Part shown: in pieces, positions 27,989 to 38,600 of the stretch
How the letters are laid out: each line of letters opens with the position of its first letter
Numbering within the stretch: the stretch's first letter is position 1
Virus record (IMG/VR): IMGVR_UViG_3300017774_001580
Coordinates: 1-60,674 of that record
Source: a virus
Taxonomy: Duplodnaviria; Caudoviricetes
Strand: one strand, 5' to 3'
DNA length: 60,674 nt
Translations under genes and position numbers: made by a program
Notes under the pieces: model-generated
Database searches by the model: none
What the model was told of the DNA's origin: nothing
What the model saw: only the letters and a program-made list of their open reading frames with translations

Positions 27989-29920
27989 TTATCCTCCTTG
28001 TTTTTTCTTTGTTGCATTAAGTTCTCCTCCACCACCACCTTGCCCTTGCGCTGCCATTTTATCTTCTGCTTTTCGCTTTTCTAATATATTTGTTAATTGT
28101 TTTCTAAAAGCTTTTTCGGCAGATTTTTGATCAATTTCTTTACTCCATTCAACTTGAATATCTTCGCTTAATTTATCTCCATTTTCATCGTAAATTGCAA
28201 TATAATCATATCCTACTCCTCCTACTTTACTTCCGGTAGGTTTAACAATAAGCCCATATGGTTCTAAATCTAATGATAAAGATTTTGCAGCTGATCTTTG
28301 TGATGATTTAAAGGCATCAGGATTTAGTGCAATACTTTTTTCTTCTTCTTTTTTCTTTTTGGCTTGTGGTGCCCAAGATTCCAAACTTCTATTTTTCTTT
28401 TTATCATCTGGACTTGCTCCACCCCAATCTGTATTGTATGTGCTATATGGTGTTAATGCATTTGTAAATTCTCCAAAATTTTCATTAGCTAAATCTATCT
28501 TGCCTACTACAGGAGCAAATGCTTTACCAAATGTTTGTACGTCTACCAATTTACCATTTCTCATATATGGCACAAACACTTCCTTGTATATACCACCATG
28601 CTCTGTATATCCCCTTATAGATACATTGCCACTTGAATCTTCATCAAAATACAAGTCACCTACACCAGTATATTGTTCAAATCCAGATAAAGCAGTCTCT
28701 CTTGTTCTTAAATCTGCGCCATATAACTTACCAATATCTGAACCTAATGCCTTAGACGATTTTGCCATTCTTCCTGCTTCAATTTCTGCTGCATTTGCTC
28801 TCGGAGGCTCTTGTTTCTGCTTACCTACCTCAGTATATGTATCAATCTGTAATTTCTTGTCAATCATTTGTCTGTATTGACCTCTTAGAAAGTCTCTAGC
28901 TTCTTTCTCTTGTGTTTCATTTAATATAGGAGTGATTGTTCCATCTGTCTCCCTTTGAACTAGCATAAGCTTAGGGTCTTTCTTTGCTTCTTCTACATTG
29001 TCTGTAGGCGTATAACCTAATTCTTCTGTAAGGAGTGATGACTTATTGTACTTAGGATTGAGTGCAGCATTTATATACGCCTCTTCAGCTTTAGCGTACT
29101 CTGAAACAACTCCTTTAAGCCTTGCAATCTCTTCATCTGATATGCCAAGCTCTTTTGCTTTTTGCACATTTAACTCCCCACTCTTATCAACTATTTGCGT
29201 AATGCTACCTGCTCTATCTTCTGAGCCAAATACTCTATATGACATTAAATTATCTCCAAGTCTTTTAATAAAATTATCAGCATCAGTTAGATAGTCGTAC
29301 CTGTTATACTTACTACTAACAGCACCAGCTAATTGATTGACTGACAATAGATTTTCTGAACCAGGCTTTGCTCGTGTTATTGTCTTTCCATCTTCAGTTA
29401 CTGTTTCAAGCCTGCTAAATGTCAAGTTACCGTTTATGTTGAAGTTTGCGCCTAAGTCTGTAAGTTTACCATATTGCTCAAGGTCTTCTCCGTCCCACAT
29501 TTCAATTTTTTGATTTTCTTTATTTGCTTGCCTGTCTAACCTTTCTTGGAATGCTGTCTGTATTTTCTCTATTGTTCCATATAGATTTTTAATGCTGTCG
29601 CTTGTGTTCTGTAGGTATATGGCATAGTCTTTTACTGCAAGCTTACCAGACTTCAATAAGTTGTTTTGTATTTTTAAATTCTCAGCAGCATTGTAAGCCA
29701 TGTCAATAGTCCATTTATTGACATCGTCTTTTTGTCCTATTGGCTTATTATTGATGCGTTCAAGTTCTTCCTTATAGGCTGCGTCAATGGCGGCTTTTTT
29801 CTCGGTGCGTACACGGTCAATCTCATCGACAGTATTTGTTATTGTCCTGCCGACATCAGCCCAGTTTACATAACTGTCAGCTTCCCTTTCAACGTAACCA
29901 AAATATGACTTAGGTGGCAT
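27989..29920 (-). CDS. Putative internal virion / ejection protein
   Basis: 643 aa, position among ejection genes. Confidence 0.55.
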   Translation of the reverse strand: MPPKSYFGYVEREADSYVNWADVGRTITNTVDEIDRVRTEKKAAIDAAYKEELERINNKPIGQKDDVNKWTIDMAYNAAENLKIQNNLLKSGKLAVKDYAIYLQNTSDSIKNLYGTIEKIQTAFQERLDRQANKENQKIEMWDGEDLEQYGKLTDLGANFNINGNLTFSRLETVTEDGKTITRAKPGSENLLSVNQLAGAVSSKYNRYDYLTDADNFIKRLGDNLMSYRVFGSEDRAGSITQIVDKSGELNVQKAKELGISDEEIARLKGVVSEYAKAEEAYINAALNPKYNKSSLLTEELGYTPTDNVEEAKKDPKLMLVQRETDGTITPILNETQEKEARDFLRGQYRQMIDKKLQIDTYTEVGKQKQEPPRANAAEIEAGRMAKSSKALGSDIGKLYGADLRTRETALSGFEQYTGVGDLYFDEDSSGNVSIRGYTEHGGIYKEVFVPYMRNGKLVDVQTFGKAFAPVVGKIDLANENFGEFTNALTPYSTYNTDWGGASPDDKKKNRSLESWAPQAKKKKEEEKSIALNPDAFKSSQRSAAKSLSLDLEPYGLIVKPTGSKVGGVGYDYIAIYDENGDKLSEDIQVEWSKEIDQKSAEKAFRKQLTNILEKRKAEDKMAAQGQGGGGGELNATKKKQGG

Positions 29921-29930
29921 ATGATTCTAT

Positions 29931-32465
29931 TTATTTTTTTTGCCAATCAGGCGTTTCAGGAACAGGATTAAATGTTGGGATAGATGTGTTTCTATTTCCT
30001 TTTATATTTTTATATTTAATAAATTCTATCGCATCTCTTACTTCTTTATATTCTGGATTTTCAGCTAAAATTGATTCCCAAGCTTTTTTTGTTCCGGTAG
30101 CTAAATTTACTTTACTATCCAATTCTTTCATTATGCTTTTAGTTTCATTGTCATATATGTAAGATTTATTGGAATCATCTAAGTAATATATCGAGAACCT
30201 TTTACTAGTTGGAGGGGTATCGCCTATATAAAATACTTTGTTTTTGTATTGTTTAATTTTAGGGTCATCGGATTTATATTCTGAATTTTCTTCTCTATTT
30301 AAGTCTCTATTTAAAAAAAGTAATTTAAGATCATCTTCTCTTCCCCATTCTTGATTATTATAATTTTTTACTTTTTCATCAAGATGAGTTGCTAGGTTTC
30401 CTTCTTTTTGAGTGTAGTATCCAAAAGCATTAAATGGATCTTTGTTTTTGAAAAAATTATAAGAAGCATTAAAATCATCTTTATTGCTACAATCGCTACT
30501 TCCTGGAGGGCAATCTAAATTATTTTCCTTAGGTTGATTTAATGCTAAATCTACTATTTTCTTTTGTATTTGATTGTATTTCTCACTACCATTTTCAATT
30601 ATTTTCCTTTCTCCTTTCTCTTTTGTGAAGTATTCATTTTCTTTTTCATCAAAATAAACGGTTGGGCCATTATCTCCAAAAGGTTTAATTGATTTCTCTG
30701 GAATCATTTTAAAATAAAACTCTGATATTTTTGCTTTATTTTCTGCATCAAGCATATAGTCTGATTGTAATTTTCTAAAATCCATAGGAGCTATTGATTT
30801 GTTTTCTGTGACATCTTTAAATTCATTATTTAAAAATGAAATCAGCTTATCTGATTTAACCTCTTCCCATTGATCGTATTCTTTTCCTGATTTTTGAAAA
30901 TCATAGCTATACCATTTATCTTTTGTTTTATCATATCCAATAGATATATTTTTTTTATCTTCACCATTCTCTTTTCTTATAGTCCCTATATTTAAAAATG
31001 GAATGTTTTCAAGATTTTTTCTTCTGATATGGGTTTTGTCAAATTCACTACTTTCTTTAAAGCTATAATTATTTTTAAAGTCCAAATTAGAATATTCGCT
31101 TTTATCTTTAAATTTCACTTTCATCTTAGGATCCTCAGTCTTTACTTCTTTCATCTCAACCTTTGACTGCTCAACCTTTGCTGGCTCAACTTTAGTCTCT
31201 TCAACCTTTACTTCCTCTACAGGCTTAGGCTCTACCTTTGCCTCTGACTTGATGACCATCTTGTCTGATGGTGCAGGCACCTCTTTAACTTGAGACCATT
31301 CAGTAGTAGGCACTCCTGTGCTTATAGTAGGAGGAGCTATAATGTTTTTACCTGCTTTTGTTTTTTCTATATCTTCTTTTAATTTAGTATACTCAGGATT
31401 ATTCATTGGAACATCTAACCAAGTCTTCATTTGCTTTCCATCCTCAGTTTTAATAGCATCTCCAGTATCTTTCATAATGACACCTGTTTTATTATCATAA
31501 ATCAATGATGTCTCTTTTCCTTCTATTGGAACATTATAAACGGAGAATCTTTCACTTTTTGGCAATTCCTCTGCTGAATATGTAAATCCATAAGAATCAT
31601 GTGTATAACTTTTTCTACCATAATATTCAGTTATAGGAACGCCTCTAGCGCCATCATCAATAAATTTTGCTAGATTTCCTTCTCTGTCTATTATTGGAGT
31701 ATAGTCTTTATCTTTATATTTTTCATCAAAATAATTATGAACAACATCTTTATTTTTAGGGCACCCTCCTTCTGATGGAGGGCATTGCCATTCTTTCTTC
31801 TCTTCTTTTGTCATTACTTTCATCTTAGACTCCTCAGCAGGCACATCCTTCACCTCTACCTTTGCCACCTCAGTTGGCTTCACCTCCGCTTTTGGTTGCT
31901 CAGCTTTAGCCTCTGACTTGATGACCATCTTATCTGATGGTGTCTCGATAGCTTTCACCTCAGTCTTCTCAGTGACAGGAAGGAGCTGGCTCTCAATGTC
32001 ACTTTTAACAACCTCTTGCTTATCGGCAGTCATTGGCTCCTCCTTAGTAGGTGTAGCCTCTACGCTTTTTACCTGAATTGTTGGCATCTTTGCCATGTCA
32101 ACTGTTGGTGTTGCCACTTGCTTCTCAGGTAATGCTTGAGCTTTAACTGTAGCCATTGGCTCACTTCTTAACTCTTTTGTAGGCTCAGGAGTAACTGTTG
32201 GCTTCGTTTCAGCAACAGGTGTAGTAGTCGCAACCTCAGTCTTAACAGGAGCAGTAGTAGCTACAGGAGCAGTAACTTCACCTAATCCCATTAACCCCTT
32301 ATACTTGTCTTTGCCACCTTTATAACCATCTCTTTCAAACAACGTAAATGAATAGTCTAAAGCCTCTTGGTTAGTTGCCAAGAGTTTTTGAAACTTCTCT
32401 AAATCGCCTTTATATCCATCTCTTACAAATAAATCAAAAGCGTATTTTACTGCTTCTTCATTCAT
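29931..32465 (-). CDS. Putative internal virion protein with internally duplicated domain
   Basis: 844 aa; N-terminus resembles that of the giant protein; two CPPxxxxC...EGNLA...RFSxY...IYDNxT..IMK...NPEY units. Confidence 0.55.
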   Translation of the reverse strand: MNEEAVKYAFDLFVRDGYKGDLEKFQKLLATNQEALDYSFTLFERDGYKGGKDKYKGLMGLGEVTAPVATTAPVKTEVATTTPVAETKPTVTPEPTKELRSEPMATVKAQALPEKQVATPTVDMAKMPTIQVKSVEATPTKEEPMTADKQEVVKSDIESQLLPVTEKTEVKAIETPSDKMVIKSEAKAEQPKAEVKPTEVAKVEVKDVPAEESKMKVMTKEEKKEWQCPPSEGGCPKNKDVVHNYFDEKYKDKDYTPIIDREGNLAKFIDDGARGVPITEYYGRKSYTHDSYGFTYSAEELPKSERFSVYNVPIEGKETSLIYDNKTGVIMKDTGDAIKTEDGKQMKTWLDVPMNNPEYTKLKEDIEKTKAGKNIIAPPTISTGVPTTEWSQVKEVPAPSDKMVIKSEAKVEPKPVEEVKVEETKVEPAKVEQSKVEMKEVKTEDPKMKVKFKDKSEYSNLDFKNNYSFKESSEFDKTHIRRKNLENIPFLNIGTIRKENGEDKKNISIGYDKTKDKWYSYDFQKSGKEYDQWEEVKSDKLISFLNNEFKDVTENKSIAPMDFRKLQSDYMLDAENKAKISEFYFKMIPEKSIKPFGDNGPTVYFDEKENEYFTKEKGERKIIENGSEKYNQIQKKIVDLALNQPKENNLDCPPGSSDCSNKDDFNASYNFFKNKDPFNAFGYYTQKEGNLATHLDEKVKNYNNQEWGREDDLKLLFLNRDLNREENSEYKSDDPKIKQYKNKVFYIGDTPPTSKRFSIYYLDDSNKSYIYDNETKSIMKELDSKVNLATGTKKAWESILAENPEYKEVRDAIEFIKYKNIKGNRNTSIPTFNPVPETPDWQKK

Positions 32466-32467
32466 TA

Positions 32468-33406
32468 TTAGTCGTTGAATTTACTTGCTCCAACATAAGG
32501 ACTTGGTTGCTGATTATACTGACTATTATAATAACTTGGTGTCATGACACCTATCCCTGGATTTTGATTAAATCCAAATGGATCTAATTCATATTGTATT
32601 TGTTGCTGTTGCTGTTGTACAGCAGGTGTAGGTCCAAACAGGTCATATTGCTTGACAAACTTTTTGCCCTTACCTGTCATGTATGCTTCAAACTCAGGAT
32701 TGGTCATTGTTCCAACATCTAGTCCATACTTTTTCTGTATAGCCTGCTGTTGTGACATTGGCTTTCCATTTATCATATACTCAGGGCCTAACTGTCCAGC
32801 AGCAGCTCTCTTGCTAAACTCAGCCTGCTGTGCCCCAAATTGCTTACTAGCTTTAGTCTGCATATACAATGGCACCATCTCAGCACCATAGGACGCCATA
32901 CTTGAGATGCCTTGGAACGCCTGACCCATTGCCGCTGTTCTAGCCTGCTGAGCGTCAGCAGCAGCCATCTGCGCACCCATAGCCTCACCCATATCCAACT
33001 GCACATTTACGTCTCTAAGCCTTGACTCCTCAGTAGCTGATAGCTTCTCAAGGTTCATAAGCTCCTGACCCATCTCAGTCCTAATACCTGCCTGTGCTTG
33101 GTTCTGCATAGCCTGTAGTCGGCCTGCTGTTGCCGCAGCACCTCTGTCAGCCTCTCTTGCTCCCTCTAGCGCCTGAGCGCCTGAGGAGAGCATCGCCTCT
33201 CTCTGTAGCTCGTACGGCTCCTTCTTGATAGCAAGCTGGTCATAGTAGTTTACCTCTAGCTTTTTACGAGCCTCGCTCATAGCTTGGTCTGCCTTAGCCT
33301 GCGCCTCCTTCATTAATTGATTCTGCTTAGCTGCCTGAGCAAATGACATACCTGTAGTAACTGCCGCTGAGCCTAGACCTATAACTGCTCCTGTAATTGC
33401 TGCCAT
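32468..33406 (-). CDS. Putative ejection protein (Ala/Gln-rich)
   Basis: Hydrophobic Gly/Ala N-terminus plus Ala/Gln coiled coil, following a GNAT gene as in podovirus core modules. Confidence 0.6.
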   Translation of the reverse strand: MAAITGAVIGLGSAAVTTGMSFAQAAKQNQLMKEAQAKADQAMSEARKKLEVNYYDQLAIKKEPYELQREAMLSSGAQALEGAREADRGAAATAGRLQAMQNQAQAGIRTEMGQELMNLEKLSATEESRLRDVNVQLDMGEAMGAQMAAADAQQARTAAMGQAFQGISSMASYGAEMVPLYMQTKASKQFGAQQAEFSKRAAAGQLGPEYMINGKPMSQQQAIQKKYGLDVGTMTNPEFEAYMTGKGKKFVKQYDLFGPTPAVQQQQQQIQYELDPFGFNQNPGIGVMTPSYYNSQYNQQPSPYVGASKFND

Positions 33407-33408
33407 AT

Positions 33409-33822
33409 TTATAGAATTTTTATCATCTCACCAACATACTCATCGCCCTTTGTATAGCCGATTTCCTTGTATGTGTCAATAAGACTTTTGTTTTTAATCA
33501 GTGCGTAACAATACTCGTTTCCCAAGTTCTTACTTATCTCTGTCAAAGTTGATACCAATAGCATAATCGCTTCTTGTCGCATTGGCTTTTTGGTGTACTT
33601 CCTACTTGAGATTATCCAATCTACCCATGACACCTTTGAGTTTGTCATGTACATAAACCCTGCGCAGATAGGCGTATCGCCATCATAAATGATAACGCCA
33701 CCGGTACCATCATCAGGCAAGAACGCCCTTGTTGGGGGGGTCCATTCCCACTCTTTCCACCACTCTACCAATATAGTATCGTAGTCATCCATTGTCAATG
33801 GTCTTATAATTAGTTTTTCCAT
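33409..33822 (-). CDS. GNAT-fold acetyltransferase-like protein (T7 gp13-like position)
   Basis: IRPLT..D, PICAGF, WVDWIIS, YKEIGY; TAATTTTG -7 element at 33835-33828. Confidence 0.65.
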   Translation of the reverse strand: MEKLIIRPLTMDDYDTILVEWWKEWEWTPPTRAFLPDDGTGGVIIYDGDTPICAGFMYMTNSKVSWVDWIISSRKYTKKPMRQEAIMLLVSTLTEISKNLGNEYCYALIKNKSLIDTYKEIGYTKGDEYVGEMIKIL

Positions 33823-33832
33823 AAACACAAAA

Positions 33833-34663
33833 TTATGGAAAAGATTTCATAACTTCAGACTCTACAGCAAATAATTCTATTTTTGATGTAGAAGAATTTG
33901 TAATCTCAAACACACAATAGTGACCAAGCACCCCATGCGACTCAGCTACTGAGTTCTTGGTATAAAAGAAGTAAGCGTCTTGGACCGGTATTGGCGTAGT
34001 TCCAGGTATCGTAATGTCGATGACAATCTGATTGATCCCAAGCTTATAGTTCCTGTTTATTTGCGTTATCTCTCCTGCTAAGAATTGAGCTGTTGCTGGC
34101 GGCAATGTGAAGTATAAGATATCGCCAATGCTCATGATATAGCCAAGGTCAATTAGTGGTGATACTGAGAAGTCAATCGTGTCACCTGCTAGATTCACCT
34201 GATAGCTCTTACCGATACCATTGGTACTGCGTATAGCCAACTCTCCGCTCTCATCGTTACGGACAAATGCGAAGTATGACTGCTCTTTCTTTTCGAACCA
34301 AGTGTCAAGGATATAGCCTGAGTCTTGTATGTCCGTGTAGAGTATCGCGCTCCACGTTGCGTCACCCTCAAGATTAAGCGTCTTAAATAGCTTGTTCTCA
34401 AGAGGCACCTGATTGAATACGCTCTTTAGTGTGGTTGGCGTAAAGGCCAAGGTTTCATCACCAAGTATGGTCCACCAAGGTGCATAAAACACATTCTTTT
34501 TGACATTGACATTATGCCTGTATAGATTGCCTCCCTTGAACGTATAGAAGTATTGGTTCATCCCTATCATCCAATCAGGGTTGTATGAGTAGAATGAAGG
34601 CCATCCTGCTACAGCGTTACTGAACGAGAGGGTATAGAAGTCCTCGATAGGTAAAGGGTCCAT
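33833..34663 (-). CDS. Tail structural protein (stabilisation-protein C-terminal-like)
   Basis: GWPSFYSY.P, FKGGNLY.HN, KLFKTL.LEG; tail module. Confidence 0.55.
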   Translation of the reverse strand: MDPLPIEDFYTLSFSNAVAGWPSFYSYNPDWMIGMNQYFYTFKGGNLYRHNVNVKKNVFYAPWWTILGDETLAFTPTTLKSVFNQVPLENKLFKTLNLEGDATWSAILYTDIQDSGYILDTWFEKKEQSYFAFVRNDESGELAIRSTNGIGKSYQVNLAGDTIDFSVSPLIDLGYIMSIGDILYFTLPPATAQFLAGEITQINRNYKLGINQIVIDITIPGTTPIPVQDAYFFYTKNSVAESHGVLGHYCVFEITNSSTSKIELFAVESEVMKSFP

Positions 34664-34673
34664 TATTTATTTT

Positions 34674-35606
34674 TTATGATGCGCAATATGAATGGAATGC
34701 AATAATTACTCCGTCCTGTACTTGGAACGTGTCGTATGGTGCTGGAACCGCTAATGCCCTGTAGTATCCGTCAGGCAGGACATTCTCTCCGCTGCTATCC
34801 AGGAATACCCAATCGTATAGCCCTAGTGTGATGCCATCACCATTTACTGGTGCCACATAGTAGGTGTAGTTATATGGAAAGTTGCAGAAGAACTCAGGCG
34901 ATACTGAAGTCACACCAAATGTACCCAGGAATGATGGCAGCTCTAATGGGCATGAGATACCAACTATAGCCTCAGAGTCAGGGCATATCCCCACGATCGT
35001 CACGTTGATATATCGCTCGGTAGCATTTGTCTTTGGTATCACCATTACGCATAGGTCAGGATTGCCTGCTGTCAGCTGTATCTCACCGGCAGATACCGTG
35101 ACGCTAGATGTCCCAACAGGGATATAGGCAGTCTCGTCCCAAGCATATAGGTCAAGGCTTACAGGAGTACCAACGACAATGCAGTCATTAGGTATATCAC
35201 CTATGTATGTGTATGCCGTACTTGGTGTGCCTGCAAGTAGCCCGAATCCTTGAGAGCTTAATTGGTTGTAGACCACTGAGTCATAGTCAACCTTTATGCC
35301 ATTGACAGTGCTATTAACAGCTATGGTGATTATAACAGCCCCCACTGACGTTGGAGTATTCCCTGCGTCAAATGTGATGGTATAGATACCCTGTAGCGAT
35401 GGAGCCTCTACTGTGCCCTTGCACTCAGTGCCGCAAGTAGGACAAGCCTGAGCAGGAAGTAGTACTCCTGACACTTGTTGTCTTGCTGTGGCTCCGTCAT
35501 AGTAGTAACCATCAGGAGCGACTGTGGTAAGCCCTGGGTCCAAGAACACTGTGGTCGCTGATGCTAGTGTTGGGCAGTTTAGGTAAAATGTTTGTTGTAC
35601 TGGCAT
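34674..35606 (-). CDS. Virion structural protein
   Basis: Beta-rich; VFLD...PDGYY motif at both ends; Cys pairs. Confidence 0.55.
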   Translation of the reverse strand: MPVQQTFYLNCPTLASATTVFLDPGLTTVAPDGYYYDGATARQQVSGVLLPAQACPTCGTECKGTVEAPSLQGIYTITFDAGNTPTSVGAVIITIAVNSTVNGIKVDYDSVVYNQLSSQGFGLLAGTPSTAYTYIGDIPNDCIVVGTPVSLDLYAWDETAYIPVGTSSVTVSAGEIQLTAGNPDLCVMVIPKTNATERYINVTIVGICPDSEAIVGISCPLELPSFLGTFGVTSVSPEFFCNFPYNYTYYVAPVNGDGITLGLYDWVFLDSSGENVLPDGYYRALAVPAPYDTFQVQDGVIIAFHSYCAS

Positions 35607-35615
35607 AATTATTTT

Positions 35616-38600
35616 TTAATCTCCACATCCACAGCTCTCCATATAAATAATTGGATTGCCTTGTAAAATTGTGTAATTGTCTTTGTCATTTGGTATACAT
35701 AGGCTTATTGACGAGTTAGGTGCCAATGTCTCCGTGTATGTCTCAGGAGAGCCGCATAAGCCAAGAGGGAACTCTATAATTGCATCCTCGGTTGCAGTCT
35801 TTGGATTTGAGAATACATACGAGTTGCACTCAGCTAGACATGGCTCACAATTACAACACACCTCATCAAGTGCCGTAGGGTGATAGCAAAGCTGCACACC
35901 AATAGATGAGCGCAAGTCCCATATAAGATATAGATACTGCCCATCAACCGTTGGAGGCACTGTAAATGCAGCATTGTAGATGCCGGTAGATGGATTTAAA
36001 ATAGGCGTGGCTATACTAGATACTGCTAGCAATGCCTGCATATCCACGTCATTGTTTCCATAAAGTATATTTTTCCTTGCATATCTGAACTTGTTCTGCC
36101 CTGGCTCAAATACATACGACACATATGGTGGCGTCTCATTTATCTGCAATGTCATTAGTGACCCCTCCGGTGGTAGGCTACCCTGCCCCTCAAAGCCACT
36201 CGTTGTAAGGTAGTATGACACCAATGGGTTATTTGTCCCTGACGTAAAGATAAAGAAGTTCGACTGTATTGGTGAGGTGAATGGCCCATTGACATAATTA
36301 AACTGCTTTAATGTAGTCAATCCTGCATCGCAGTCATCTGTGAGTACTACCTCTATTAGTGTCATCGGTACAGGCACTGGGCATCCAACAGTTACACTAA
36401 GCACAACATTGCCTGTGGCTGTAATAGTAACCGTTCCTGTAGATGGAGATTGATAAATCTTAAAGAAGTCAAAGTATCCTGATGAAGTTTGCGGTCCTGA
36501 TGTATAGATAGTTCCATCATATTCTACCTCAATAACAAAGTCAGCAAGAACATCAATAGTCTGCACTAACCAATCCACATTCACTGGACCAACTTTGGTA
36601 GCAAAGTCTACACAGAAATCTATCGAAGATGTCAATTTGCCTTGAGCAAATGTGAAGGTTCTAGTGATACCACACTTGATGCAATCCTCCTCCATTGGTA
36701 TCTCTCTATCGTTTAGCGTCAGCACATACTCGTTCATATATGGGTCGAACGCTCCGAGCTTTTGGTTGTTGAACCTTGCGATGAACTCATCTCTAAACCA
36801 TGTTCTCATGTTCATATCAGAGATGACCGCTAGCTGCTCATTAGAGTATGAGTTGCCTTTAAGCTGTATTACTGCGCCTCTCTTGGCATCAGTAAAGAAT
36901 TTGTCATATCCCCACTTTGTATAACTCTCAGGGTTGAAGCTTATGCCATAGTTCTCGACTCTCGCTATCTGTGTACCCAATACCTCAGGTACCGAGGTGA
37001 TAGCACCACCGGCAGCAGCATCAGACAATAAGTTCTTTCCTGCAAGGACGTATGACACCTTGTCCTCTTGTAGAGTCAATACGTCAGTCTCTCTACCATC
37101 AAGGATGTATATGGCTCCGAATGATAGCTCAAGGTTCTTATAGTTTAGCAATGCTCCGTTGAACTCATTAAGCTTATTTACATTGGTCTCAGGGTTGTAC
37201 ACACCGCTATAGGTGATGTCAGCAAAGCGCCTTGACTCTTTATAGTCTTGAGCGGCTACTGTTGTCACCCTGTTGCCAAGGTTAAAATCTCTCCCGATGA
37301 TTGAGTCTCTTATCTTGTAGCTCTCGGCACCATTACCAAATGCAAAGCAGTTAAAGAACCCTGTTTGGATTATTGCAGGGGTGCTTGTTGCTATGTCTTG
37401 CGATTGATCGCCAGGGGCACCATTTGATAGGTGATTGCCATTTGCATCAATCGGGAACGATAATTCGTTTTCGAAGAATACATCAGGTAGCGTATCAATT
37501 GGTTGTGTCTCAAATATAATCGACTCTGCTGTTCTAAACACAGTGATATTTGCAATTACTCTTGATTTTCTATTTTGAGTTGAGCCACAAGCCCAAGTAC
37601 CTGACATATATAGCTCTAATGCCCCAGTTATTGGATGCAGGTAAAATCTCCAATAATTATCACATAGTTGACCTGATGTGATTGTCCCATTGGTAGGTAT
37701 AAAAATATTATTTACAGGACAAGCACCTCCTCCAACTTCTTGATCCCCATCATTTAAAGTACTTGCAATATTATCATTTATAAACCAATCTTCCATATTT
37801 GCATAATTAGAAGATGATGTATAAGTCTTTTTTAATGTATATATCCTCTTTTCGCAAGCGTTTCCTCCAAAGCCTATTCTCTCAAATCTTATATCAAATA
37901 CAATAACAGTTCCTGCGTCAACAGTATATGGTATATAAAATCCTGGATTTGATGGGTCCTCTAAACTCATTGGGTATGCCAATATAGGTGACGTTCCAGA
38001 AGTAGAACTTACCGCAGTAAGTGTTCCAAACTCTATTGTAGAATATGACAATGGATTCACAGAGAAGCCATTAGCCTTTATTTTCATATAGACACCAGCA
38101 GGAGGAGTTGGTGTAATCAAAGGGTCAAACCCAGATTGCTTTGCCTCCTTTTCTAATACGGTTGCAAAAACGCAGGTCTGCATCGGTCCTTCACTATCTG
38201 CCTTTACAGTTAACCTATCTCCTTCCTCTACCTTCCTTGGGTTTTCTCCTTGAAGCAAGAAGTATGTTTCTTGAGTAGAACTATTGGTAAAAAATATACT
38301 TGAGTAAATAGTCTCATATCCTGCCTGATTTGCCTTGCATACAAACTTATACCTCTTAGCCCAATAAGGAGCAACTTGTGTTGTTGGTATTGTTACTGTA
38401 ATTGAGTTTACAAGAGATGAGTAACTACATGGAACATGAACAGTATTTAATGAGCTTACATTTGTCAAAGTTGATCTACCAAACTCATCCATATAAACAA
38501 TACCAATCTCATAATCTCTATTACTGTGCAAGCTTTTTTGGCTTGATAAATCCTGCAATTGGACGCTAGCATTTTTAATGGTACCAAACAATGCTACTAA

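Noticed and set aside
20921-29294. Many + strand ORFs up to 226 aa
   Set aside because: Ser/Leu/Phe-rich antisense shadows of the giant minus-strand genes
31240-31942. Diversity-generating retroelement template/variable repeat pair
   Set aside because: Only 34 bp, both copies in frame within one gene, and no reverse transcriptase in the genome
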